A DNA stretch of 64,000 nt from Nitrospira sp. (GCA_047150005.1 AP038806.1:3392001-3456000), one strand, 5' to 3'. Positions 50,582 through 59,669 are shown, counted from the stretch's first letter. Translations and numbers: made by a program. Notes: generated by a model not told the origin, from the letters alone.

Positions 50582-53500
50582 CTATGACTCGCAGTCTGCC
50601 AGCCAGTCGAGGGGACTGGCACCATTCTCCGCGGTGCCTGTCCCCCTCAGATGCGCGATGACCCACTGAGAGGGGAGTCGGCGCAGCGAAATGAACGCCG
50701 TATCGTTGGAATCAGCGGAGAGTCCCGGTGCGAGAGCCTGCACCGATAGTCCGCCATCGGTGGTCGTATTGGCGAGCGGGCTCGTGAGCCACCCGCCTGG
50801 TTCGATGGGCAAGGTATCCCGGCCCGCCACGACGAAGCTGCTCACTTCCCCGCGCGCCATCGCCGCGCAGCGCTGGCTGAGTAACGCGGTGACTTGCAAC
50901 GGCGCCGCACCCAAGGGCTGAATCTTGCCGCCGGCCGGCGCAATCGGTGCCTGAATCGTGACCGTGCCCTGTTGGCCGAACTCAGAGGAGGCGCTCACAC
51001 GACTGGTGGAGTCCGGCAGAAACAACCCGCCGTTGGTGATCGTGACGTTGATGTTACCGCCTGGGCCCTGCACCGCCTCAGCGAGAATTTGACTGTTCTG
51101 CAGGATGACGAACTGCGGATCGATGTTCACACTCCCGCCGCCGCCGGTGCCGTCGAGAACCGACGCGCTGATCGTGCTGTTGGTCAGTTGAACGGTCCCA
51201 CTGGGATCCGTCGTGATCTTGATGATGCCGCCGCTGGATTGATTCGCTTCGGTCGTGACGGAACTGTTGGCCATCGTGAACTGATTGCCTGCGGTGATGT
51301 TGATATTGCCGGCAGGGCCTGAGCCGGTGCTGCTTGCCGAGACTGATGCACCGTCCGAAATGTTTACTGATTGGCCGGCTATAAGAGAGATGTTGCCGCC
51401 GGAGCCTGATCCTGGGTCTATGCCGACTGTGCGGCTAAAGACTCCACTTGGCGTTCCATCGGTCATCGTACCGGAAATTGTGATTGTGTTCGCAGCGTGA
51501 ACAGTAACGTTTCCTCCGATTCCACTATTAGTCGTATCACTATTGATCGTTCCTCCATTCCCGAGATTCAACGAGTTGCCAGAGATGGTTACGCTACCAG
51601 CGTTGCCGCAAGGTCCCGTGCACAACTCACTGCCGACGGTGCTCGTGTAGATCCCACTTGCACGGCGCTCAGGGAGCCCACCGAGAGGTCGTTCACCTAT
51701 AATTGACACCCCCTCTTTCGCCGTGATTGTGATTGCCCCGCCGTTGCCATTGGTCTGGGTGGTACTGTCGATTCGAGCACCGCCTGTGATGGTGAGAGAT
51801 CCGGCAGAAACATTAATGGCACCGGCATTGCCGTGAGTTCCCAGGCTCACATCACCTATAGAGTTGGTGAATAGGCCGCTGCGAGCGGGAATGATGGTGG
51901 GGTCGTCGAACGTATCAGCAAACGTAGCATTACCAGTGACGGAAAGTTTAATGAATCCTGCGTCCGCATCCCCGGAGGTTTGACTGAAAACGCGAGAGCC
52001 ATTCCTGAACTCAGCGTTCTCTGCCGTAATTGTTATGCCTCCGCCAGTACCCGACGCAGTTTGATTGAAAATAATAGATCCATCCTTCAGTGCGAAGTTT
52101 CTCGCATTGATCGTCACAGTGCTTTCCCCAAGCAGACTCAAGGGGCCAATTTGACTTCCATTCACTATGGAAATGTTGCGTCCGTCTATGAGGACATTTC
52201 CTCCTCGGGCGTTGAGCGAATCAGTTGCGATCGACACAAGCTCAAACGTCATGTCCCCACCCGTGAAGGTGACATGACCGCCAGATCCAAGGCCGCCGAG
52301 AATGGCATCGCCTGTGTCGATGCGAGCTTCTTTCAAATGCATGCTATCGGCGTGGATAGTGACGTGCCCCCCGTTTCCTTCCCCGGCAGTTCCGCTCATG
52401 ACGAAGAAGTCGAACCCCCCAGGATTTCCGGTAAACGTGAGCTTTCCTGTGTTCAGGGTTATGTCGCCGCCGTTGCCTGATCCTTCAGTGTGAGTATCAA
52501 TAAGCGCAACGACCTCCGGAAGGGTCGACACTGCACTTATCCCAGGGGAACTCACCGTGATACTTCCGGCATTCCCGCTTCCGAACGATCGCGCCGTGAG
52601 AGCAGGCACTGTATCGCTTGAGATCGAGAGAGTCCCGCTCAGCTCAATATCAATAGCCGGTTGAGCAGCATCAAGGCTTCCCGTATCTGCATTGAGCGAC
52701 GAATTGATAAGTTCAAACTGTCCGCCTCGAATCCGAATGGAACCGGCCGATTCGGCCGAAACGTCTAACGACGATCCTTCGGACATGCTAATGAGCCCCA
52801 ATGCCATCGACGATGCCGGCTGGTAATTTGCGGTCGCGACCTCACCTGGTCCGGCAACGCTGACGAGGTTGATTTGTCCCCCCGGAGCAGCCAGCTTAGC
52901 CGGCTGAACGGTTTGATCCGCAAGCGTGCCTGATTTGATCGTTATGTCGCCCCCAACCAATGAGATACCTGTGCCTTCTGCTACTGTAAGGTGACTGCCT
53001 TCAATCAGGATCGCCGCGGGCTTCGAACCGAGGAATCCGAACGAGGCAACAGGCGCGGCGCTTAATAGCGCGTCAGCCGCAGCATTGGGAGAGGCGTTGA
53101 AAATTGTCCCATCGCTAAGTTTCAGATAATCCGCGGTCGTAAACGTCGCCATGCCGCCGATGTTCAGAGTGGCGGCTGGGCCGAAGATGACTCCCGCAGG
53201 GTTCATGAGGAAGAGGTTGGCGTTGGGATAGTAGGTCGCGCTGTTGATGGTTCCGAAGATGCTCGAAACACTTCCACCGGTGACCCGGCTGAGCACGTTG
53301 CCAACTGTCTGGTCAGCTATCAAATTTACGGTTTGAAACTGGGCCGTTTCCAGCGCACTAATACTAAACGTATCGAAGCTGTGAAAAAGGTTTGGTCCGG
53401 CTTTCGTGCCCTGAGTTATTTGATAGACGTTCCCCACCTTGCTGACCTGCGTATTGAGGCTGCCGGCGCCAGGCGTCGGAGCGACCTGCGCCATGGCTGG

Positions 53501-53608
53501 CAGAACGATTGCCAATGTCAGAAACAGGGGTCCGGTTACTTGCATCGTCGTGGCGTGATAAAGGTGCAAATCAACTCTGGCATGGGGCAGCGAGAAGTGG
53601 ATGGTCAT
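50582..53608 (-). CDS. TpsA exoprotein D
   Basis: TPS domain and conserved C-terminus; start uncertain (53608 or 53545). Confidence 0.9.
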   Translation of the reverse strand: MTIHFSLPHARVDLHLYHATTMQVTGPLFLTLAIVLPAMAQVAPTPGAGSLNTQVSKVGNVYQITQGTKAGPNLFHSFDTFSISALETAQFQTVNLIADQTVGNVLSRVTGGSVSSIFGTINSATYYPNANLFLMNPAGVIFGPAATLNIGGMATFTTADYLKLSDGTIFNASPNAAADALLSAAPVASFGFLGSKPAAILIEGSHLTVAEGTGISLVGGDITIKSGTLADQTVQPAKLAAPGGQINLVSVAGPGEVATANYQPASSMALGLISMSEGSSLDVSAESAGSIRIRGGQFELINSSLNADTGSLDAAQPAIDIELSGTLSISSDTVPALTARSFGSGNAGSITVSSPGISAVSTLPEVVALIDTHTEGSGNGGDITLNTGKLTFTGNPGGFDFFVMSGTAGEGNGGHVTIHADSMHLKEARIDTGDAILGGLGSGGHVTFTGGDMTFELVSIATDSLNARGGNVLIDGRNISIVNGSQIGPLSLLGESTVTINARNFALKDGSIIFNQTASGTGGGITITAENAEFRNGSRVFSQTSGDADAGFIKLSVTGNATFADTFDDPTIIPARSGLFTNSIGDVSLGTHGNAGAINVSAGSLTITGGARIDSTTQTNGNGGAITITAKEGVSIIGERPLGGLPERRASGIYTSTVGSELCTGPCGNAGSVTISGNSLNLGNGGTINSDTTNSGIGGNVTVHAANTITISGTMTDGTPSGVFSRTVGIDPGSGSGGNISLIAGQSVNISDGASVSASSTGSGPAGNINITAGNQFTMANSSVTTEANQSSGGIIKITTDPSGTVQLTNSTISASVLDGTGGGGSVNIDPQFVILQNSQILAEAVQGPGGNINVTITNGGLFLPDSTSRVSASSEFGQQGTVTIQAPIAPAGGKIQPLGAAPLQVTALLSQRCAAMARGEVSSFVVAGRDTLPIEPGGWLTSPLANTTTDGGLSVQALAPGLSADSNDTAFISLRRLPSQWVIAHLRGTGTAENGASPLDWLADCES

Positions 53609-53882
53609 CGGTTCCCCGGTTACACAAGCCACACGTTCGCAATAATACGCCTGATAACTGTGAGATCCCCAATCGTCATCGGTGCTGCCTTGAATGACCG
53701 AAGACACATCGCCACGTTCTGCACCTGTTCGGCGCATCAGCCGGGCAAGAATCTGTGGCACGCATGAGGTGAAGCAACCGTCTCAAACGATAAATTGAAT
53801 CGATTATGGGAAAGTCATTCCGCATCAGGGAGCACATGTCGAAACCGTTGGGCAATGCTTCATTCCCCCTCGATGAGGTTTG

Positions 53883-54320
53883 TTACGGATAAGCATTTGC
53901 ACAATCGCATCTGCAATTACCGTCTCTGCTACCCGGACTGACCGGAGATATCCACCAGGTCTTGCATGGAGGCCCTCCAAGCGTACAAGTTCCAGAAGGA
54001 GATTTGCATCTTGTATTGCCTGTTCCGGCCACGCACCGGTAGGGTGGACTCTGACCAGTTGGAACTTGCGTGCCATTGGTGAAATAGGTGTTCGCATCCG
54101 TGTTCCAAGGACTCACAATCGTTTGCTTTAGACAAGCTGTAGGTTCATCCTCTTGTCCTCCGCCCTCTCCACCTCCGCCAGACTTTGGTGGGCAGGTCAT
54201 CTGCACATTGACCGATACCTCGACGAATCCCCTATGACAACCTTGCAAGAAGGCCACAAGAACCAGGCCACTGAGCAATGCGCCTTTCTGCCAGCAACAA
54301 TTGGCTTCAAATGCTCGCAT
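53883..54320 (-). CDS. Cysteine-rich putative lipoprotein, cassette 2
   Basis: GGAGG RBS; VAFLQGC; nine further Cys ending CRCDC. Confidence 0.75.
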   Translation of the reverse strand: MRAFEANCCWQKGALLSGLVLVAFLQGCHRGFVEVSVNVQMTCPPKSGGGGEGGGQEDEPTACLKQTIVSPWNTDANTYFTNGTQVPTGQSPPYRCVAGTGNTRCKSPSGTCTLGGPPCKTWWISPVSPGSRDGNCRCDCANAYP

Positions 54321-54356
54321 CAAATCCTCCCTGGGTAGAGCACCCTGATCGCCGTG

Positions 54357-55076
54357 TTATCGAGGCATTTGCTCCGCAAAGATCTGCGCCGCATCCGGCT
54401 GAAGACGTTTAAAGACCAGTAGAGCAGGTTCCTCAGTTCCCGCTACTATCACGATATTGTGCACTCGATCATCAACCACATGCTTAAGTTTGAACTCGCT
54501 TCCTGCAATGGTTCCCAAAAAATACTTGTCGAGAGCGGGCACCTCGACGATGAAATAGGTTGGTGGGAGTCCGAATTGCGCGAGTGGCTGAGATTTTTCA
54601 GGAGAACCAAGCTGTAACATTCGCCACCGATGGTCGGTCATCTTCATTCCCACCAGCACGGACGCTCTGACTACGGTTCCTGAGCGAATAGGGAAAAGAA
54701 ATTGCGCGGGAACCGGTATGGACCATCTGAGAAAGTTTGTCTTCTCCAGGAGAAGTGAGATCGCATGGTGTTGCTGCCAATTGAAATCCTTTAGGCGCTC
54801 AAGGCTTATCTGAAAAACTGGATAAGGGGCAGCCACATTGATGTTTGGTATTTGAGGTATGGAGAAATCGCTTGCCCCGTTAAACCCAAGCTTCTTCGCG
54901 AAGCCATCGTGGTTTCCGACCAACCGGGGTAGGAGTTGTGTCGCAGCACCTGAAGCCACGGCGGCGGCTGTGGGCGGAGCACTAAATTCCCAGCTTGCAA
55001 AGTCTCCGATCTCGAATGCTTCTAGTCTGCTGCTACAGAAAGCGAATGCGGCGACTAGACAGATTACAATTCGCAC
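54357..55076 (-). CDS. Secreted protease-partner protein, cassette 2
   Basis: GAGG+GTG start; LGF, ISLERLKDF, LFPI..GTVVRAS, VPALDKYFLG. Confidence 0.72.
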   Translation of the reverse strand: MRIVICLVAAFAFCSSRLEAFEIGDFASWEFSAPPTAAAVASGAATQLLPRLVGNHDGFAKKLGFNGASDFSIPQIPNINVAAPYPVFQISLERLKDFNWQQHHAISLLLEKTNFLRWSIPVPAQFLFPIRSGTVVRASVLVGMKMTDHRWRMLQLGSPEKSQPLAQFGLPPTYFIVEVPALDKYFLGTIAGSEFKLKHVVDDRVHNIVIVAGTEEPALLVFKRLQPDAAQIFAEQMPR

Positions 55077-55086
55077 AGTGGGCACC

Positions 55087-55857
55087 TCACGGTCGCATAA
55101 TGAAGTAGTCGAATTCATGAGCAAACTTGCTTGGAATCCCGTTGTAGAAGTCGGTGAAGGGCATGATGTAGAAATCTTGCTGGCCAGGATCATAGACGTG
55201 CACAAACTCGCCTGAATTTGGTGAATTGCTATAACCTCCTATCGTGACGGCATGGCGACCGCCTCCGACCCACCTCACAACGACGATATACGGAAGTTCT
55301 TGGTCGATCTGCCAAGTCAAATCGTTCCATCCTTGAAGTTCATCAAAAGGGGGGTCATAGGAAACCTTGAGGAATTTGATGTCGGCTTTACTCAAGACGT
55401 CATCCGGCCATAGGCCGCGGTCACAATAATCCCTGGCTTCGGGTGCACCGAGTTCATTCATCGGTACGGTTCGGCGAGCTAGGCAGCAGTCAATTTGTTC
55501 CCCCGAACTCGCGCTTCCGCCCTGCGGATCGTCTTTGAAAACCTGACTCACGAGGTTGCATTGATCCTTTGGATCATGGAGAAGTTTGCGGATGAATTCG
55601 TTTACGGTTTGTGCGCTTCCGGCCCAACACCATGAGCCGGTCTCCTGTCGATGATTGGTCATGACGAGATCCCGACGCATTCCACTGCCTTCTTCGTTGA
55701 ATGCCTGGCCAGGGCTATCGGGATCTTGATCGACAATGAGTTCCTCTCCGCCGCGTGGACCTATGCCGTCTTCAACTGGTAAATTGTGATCGCTCAGATC
55801 TAAACTTATGTGCACGCATGACGACATACACAGTCCGATAAGAGCCACAAAAGGCAC
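55087..55857 (-). CDS. Papain-fold cysteine protease, cassette 2 (5' end interrupted by MITE)
   Basis: Q....WCWAG, GGRHAVTIGGY, VYDP. Confidence 0.78.
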   Translation of the reverse strand: MPFVALIGLCMSSCVHISLDLSDHNLPVEDGIGPRGGEELIVDQDPDSPGQAFNEEGSGMRRDLVMTNHRQETGSWCWAGSAQTVNEFIRKLLHDPKDQCNLVSQVFKDDPQGGSASSGEQIDCCLARRTVPMNELGAPEARDYCDRGLWPDDVLSKADIKFLKVSYDPPFDELQGWNDLTWQIDQELPYIVVVRWVGGGRHAVTIGGYSNSPNSGEFVHVYDPGQQDFYIMPFTDFYNGIPSKFAHEFDYFIMRP

Positions 55858-55880
55858 TTGTCCGAAGCGCGATGATGAGA

Positions 55881-56048
55881 CTAGAACCTATCTCAAAATT
55901 GAAAAACCGGCATCCTGAGAAATGCCGCACGTGCACGTCCAGGATGTGAACCGTGGTATTTCCAAGAAATTCCGCACATTGCTCATGCCGCACACCGGTA
56001 GTGAGTAGCGGTTCCCTCCTCGATAAACGATTTCGAGATAGGTTCTAG
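55881..56048. mobile_element. ~164-bp MITE in a CTAG site
   Basis: IRs CTAGAACCTATCTCAAAAT / ATTTCGAGATAGGTTCTAG (18/19). Confidence 0.75.
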
Positions 56049-56103
56049 TGAAAACGATGTCAGGAACCGTTTCCAATGCACCAAAACGGGCGACGGGACT
56101 GAT

Positions 56104-56329
56104 TGCTGAGCAGGGGGTGAGGGGCGACTATTCCGGTGAAGGTGAAGCGTCATGAAGTGGTGTCCCGTTTCGCGTTAGTGCTAATCAGCGCCTAGCTATG
56201 CCTTTCGTGAGAAATGCTCAATAACCCTTTCGGCTAGGGTCGATGGCGTCTGCTACTTGAACTCAAGATGTAGCTGCGATCTTCGATCGGACCCCCATAT
56301 CTGGCAAAGGCCGTATTGTCTGGTTCGTC
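56104..56329 (-). repeat. Diverged repeat upstream of cassette 2 (54-bp motif at 56190-56243)
   Basis: Aligns with 39849-40075. Confidence 0.8.
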
Positions 56330-56432
56330 GTGTGAAATTGGATTCAAACGAACAACGTCCGCTCCATCATCATACGGACTGGCTCCACAAACCCGGCGGC
56401 ATCTGCTATCGTAGGAGCACTGGAGGTGCTGG

Positions 56433-56651
56433 ATGAAAACGTTCACCGCATATGTGGAGTGGGACCCCGACACGAAGCTATATGTCGGCTTCGTGCCTGG
56501 TATCGCTGGTGCGCATACGCAGGGAAGCAGCTTGGATGAACTGCAAAAGAATCTGAAGGAAGTCTTGCAATTATGCATTGAAGAGTCTGAGAAGGCCGGC
56601 GAGGACCTCCCTCGATTTGTCGGACTGCAGCAGATTGAGGTAGCCGGGTGA
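56433..56651 (+). CDS. hicB: HicB antitoxin
   Basis: YVGFVPGIAGAHTQGSSLDELQKNLKE. Confidence 0.88.
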   Translation: MKTFTAYVEWDPDTKLYVGFVPGIAGAHTQGSSLDELQKNLKEVLQLCIEESEKAGEDLPRFVGLQQIEVAG

Positions 56652-56668
56652 GCCGGCTCCCGATCGTC
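56648..56668 (+). pseudogene. First seven codons of a probable hicA toxin
   Basis: GTG overlapping hicB stop, MSRLPIV, then a MITE-end-like TTTCAACATCCTGCTAG. Confidence 0.5.
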
Positions 56669-56681
56669 TTTCAACATCCTG

Positions 56682-56768
56682 CTAGTCCTGCCAGATGATC
56701 TCGACGACGATGTAGACCAGCGCTGCCATCAGAGCGTTGACGAGGAACAAGCTCATTCCGATGTCCAT
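56682..56768 (-). CDS. 28-aa hydrophobic peptide, copy 2
   Basis: MDIGMSLFLVNALMAALVYIVVEIIWQD. Confidence 0.6.
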   Translation of the reverse strand: MDIGMSLFLVNALMAALVYIVVEIIWQD

Positions 56769-56989
56769 GGTCGCCTCGCTGACGATTCGGTTCACTGCTG
56801 CCATCGCGAGGTTGCAATGGGTAGGCCAATGCGAGTGTTGGCGCGAGTCAGCGGCAGGTGAAGCGTGAGATCGCAGTGTGGACAAGGAGATCTGCCCATG
56901 CGGGGATTCAGAGCATGGCGACAGAAGGATCTAGCGTGATCAGGCCGAAAGGACCTAAAAGCATTCGCGATGGATCGAAAGTGATTCAG
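56682..56989 (-). repeat. 308-bp duplicated unit: UAS (56949-56989), sigma54 promoter (56813-56828), peptide gene
   Basis: TGGCCTACCCATTGCA; homolog of 40181-40488. Confidence 0.85.
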
Positions 56990-57192
56990 GTCGCGTTTCC
57001 TCCGATTCAGGCGCTGCAGCAAGGTTGGCTCGAAGCTGCGCGACTGTGGTCTGAGAGGGGAGCTCGCGCAGCGGACGGCGCCAGCGTCGATGCTGTCCCC
57101 GTTAGGCAGTCAACATGTAAGCTCCCCCAAATGTGAGACAGGTCAAAGGGAGAATCTTCTGGCACAATAGCCACCCTAGCCAGGAGGTTCTT

Positions 57193-57459
57193 ATGCGCCA
57201 GTCGAAGTTCACTGAAACGCAGATCGTCGCCATCCTCAAAGAGGCCGATGCCGGTCGCCCGGTCAATGAGATCTGGCGGCACTACGGCATTAGCTCGGCG
57301 ACGTACTACAAGTGGAAAGCCAAGTACGGCGGCCTGGAGGCCTCTGACGTGAAGCGGCTGAAGGAATTGGAACACGAAAACAGTCGGCTCAAACGCATGT
57401 ATGCGGATCTCTCGCTGGAGAACGCGGCGTTGAAGGATGTCATCGCAAAAAAACTCTAA
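57193..57459 (+). CDS. IS3 OrfA
   Basis: KFTETQIVAILKE, GISSATYYKWK, RLKELE.EN.RLK. Confidence 0.92.
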   Translation: MRQSKFTETQIVAILKEADAGRPVNEIWRHYGISSATYYKWKAKYGGLEASDVKRLKELEHENSRLKRMYADLSLENAALKDVIAKKL

Positions 57460-57482
57460 GGCCTGCTGAACGCCGGGAACTT

Positions 57483-58310
57483 GTGACGCACCTGGTCACG
57501 GTCACCGGACTCCCGGTTCAGCGGGCCTGTCGGGCCGTCGGGATGGGACGAGCCACCTACTATCGGCCCCGGATTGATTGGGCGCGGCGCGATGCGCCGG
57601 TCATTGCGGCGCTCACGACCCTGGTGGCCGCGAAGAGCCGGTGGGGGTTCTGGAAGTATTATGACCGGCTGCGGCTCGATGGCCATCCCTGGAATCAGAA
57701 GCGGCTGTGGCGAGTCTACTGCCAGTTGCGGCTGAATCTCCCGCGGCGGACCAAGAAGCGGTTGCCTCTTCGGCTGCGCCAGCCGCTCGTGGTGGTGCCG
57801 CAGCCGAATGCCGTGTGGGCCGTGGACTTCATGAGCGACACGTTGTACGGCGGCCGACGGTTTCGGACCTTCAATATTCTGGATGAAGGGGTGCGAGAAG
57901 GCCTGGCCATCGAGATCGACACGTCGCTCCCGGCCGAGCGGATGATTCGGGTGCTGGAGCAGGTCGTGGCCTGGCGCGGACGCCCGCAGGCCCTTCGGCT
58001 CGACAACGGGCCTGAACTGCTCGCCGACCGCTTCATCACCTGGTGTGCAGAGCGCGGGATCGAGCTGCGCTACATCCAACCGGGGAAACCGGATCAGAAT
58101 GCGTTCATCGAGCGGTTCAATCGGACCTATCGGACGGAGGTCCTGAATGCCTATGTGTTCGCATCGCTCGACCAGGTGCGGGAGATCAGTGCGCAATGGT
58201 TACAGAGTTACAACGAGGAGCGGCCCCATGATGCGTTAGCCGGGCTCCCGCCCGCCACGTATCGGGCTCAACTGACAGCCGGAAATTCTCCCTTGCCAGT
58301 GTCTCGTTGA
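57483..58310 (+). CDS. IS3 OrfB (DDE integrase core; fused to OrfA by -1 frameshift)
   Basis: WAVDF, DNGPE, PGKPDQNAFIERFN. Confidence 0.92.
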   Translation: MTHLVTVTGLPVQRACRAVGMGRATYYRPRIDWARRDAPVIAALTTLVAAKSRWGFWKYYDRLRLDGHPWNQKRLWRVYCQLRLNLPRRTKKRLPLRLRQPLVVVPQPNAVWAVDFMSDTLYGGRRFRTFNILDEGVREGLAIEIDTSLPAERMIRVLEQVVAWRGRPQALRLDNGPELLADRFITWCAERGIELRYIQPGKPDQNAFIERFNRTYRTEVLNAYVFASLDQVREISAQWLQSYNEERPHDALAGLPPATYRAQLTAGNSPLPVSR

Positions 58311-58365
58311 CGGGGGAGCTTACAAACACCCTGGTGCGAGTCGCCTGCGCGTTTGCTACATTGGA

Positions 58366-58382
58366 CGCATCACAGTGATGCG
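58366..58382. promoter_or_regulatory. Likely TA operator palindrome
   Basis: CGCATCAC-A-GTGATGCG just upstream of antitoxin. Confidence 0.55.
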
Positions 58383-58407
58383 AAAAGCGACGCACGGGGG
58401 AGTCATC

Positions 58408-58665
58408 ATGAAAGCCATCACGCTACGAAATATCCCGCCTGATCTGGATAAAGCCATCCGCAAGCGCGCACGAGACAAGCGGGTGAGCGTGAATAAGGCC
58501 GTCCTGGGTCTGCTTGAAGAACATCTGAGTTCTGGAAAAAACACGCGACGTGAGCTTCACCATGATCTGGACTCCCTGTGTGGGTCATGGCCTGAGGAGA
58601 TGGCCGAGACGTTCGATAAGGCGCTCGCGGAGCAGCGCTCGATCGATCCGGACATCTGGAAGTAA
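58408..58665 (+). CDS. RHH (FitA-like) antitoxin
   Basis: MKAITLRNIP..L...IR.RA....SVN..V. Confidence 0.82.
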   Translation: MKAITLRNIPPDLDKAIRKRARDKRVSVNKAVLGLLEEHLSSGKNTRRELHHDLDSLCGSWPEEMAETFDKALAEQRSIDPDIWK

Positions 58666-59010
58666 TGCGGCTCCTGCTGGATACCTCCGCCTACTCCTGG
58701 TTCATGCGCGGCCACCAGGAAGTGAGCAAAGTCCTTCAATCCGCCGATTCGGTTGCCGTCAATCCAAAACAAAACAACCCTCGCGGAATTTCTTGCTTCG
58801 CCCCGTGTTCACGTCGTCCCCATCGATGAGGACACCGCGGAATGGTACGCGGTAATACTCCACGGACTGAAGAAGATCGGTACGCCAATCCCGACCAACG
58901 CTCTTTGGATCGCGGCGAGTGCCATGCAGCACGGCTTGACGATCCTGACAACCGATGCTCATTTCAAGCATGTGATTCAAGTGCTCGTTCACCACGTCAC
59001 GATTCCGTAA
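58665..59010 (+). pseudogene. vapC: Frameshifted vapC
   Basis: MRLLLDTSAYS...VAVNP then frame change; rest has IPTNALWIAA, TTDAHF. Confidence 0.8.
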
Positions 59011-59103
59011 AAGCACAGTTCGGCGGACTGCATCCCTGTGGGGTTTGTCGTCAGGGCCTTCCAAATCTACCAGCGCCTGTCTCCGTTCATCTCGCTCAGA
59101 TCC

Positions 59104-59309
59104 CTACGAGGTTTCGCAGCCCGAGATCCAATCTTCTTCTGAAAGCATCTGCGCCACCTTGCTCGGGGAGGGGAGCCGGCGCAGGGAGAGGATCGTTGGC
59201 TCAGAAGATTCCGAGGAGGACGTTCGATCTCCGGCGTGCACTGCGGCCCCTGCTTCGGGTGGTCCCAAAGCCAACGGGCTAGGTAGCCATCCACCCGGCT
59301 CGGTGGGTA
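59104..59309 (-). pseudogene. Orphan chimeric tpsA 3' end
   Basis: PTEPGGWLPSP...SLRRLPSPSKVAQ as in 60104 gene, then LSEEDWISGCETS* as in 46422 gene. Confidence 0.88.
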
Positions 59310-59462
59310 TTGGTGACTTTGGAAATACGTGCATTCTTGGAAGGACAAGGGATCCCCATATTGCTTACTCCCTGATTGAGCATGCTCATCCCGTTTGTTC
59401 GTGGAGACGCATTTGATCTTTGGCTGGGACACAGGTACGATGAGACCGGTGCGGAGTCGTAC

Positions 59463-59669
59463 ATGACCAAGGCATTTGAGCAAACGATCTTGGAAAAGCT
59501 CCGGAGCCTGCCTCCGGAACGACTTGCCGAGGTCGAAGATTTTGTCGACTTTCTGGCTCACCGTCAGGCAGACGAGCATGGCCTCACTCATGCCGCAGGC
59601 CGCCTTGCCGTAGCTGCATTCACTCAAGTCTGGGACAACCCCGCTGACGCCGATTATGACCGGCTATGA
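59463..59669 (+). CDS. Antitoxin, DUF2281-like
   Basis: LPPERLAEVEDFVDFL...VWDNPADADYD; overlaps toxin. Confidence 0.75.
   Translation: MTKAFEQTILEKLRSLPPERLAEVEDFVDFLAHRQADEHGLTHAAGRLAVAAFTQVWDNPADADYDRL

Larger units (their letters stand above)
57116..58324 (+). mobile_element. IS3-family element (1209 bp)
   Basis: IRs TGTAAGCTCCCCC / GGGGGAGCTTACA, AACA duplication, A7C slip site at 57447. Confidence 0.93.
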
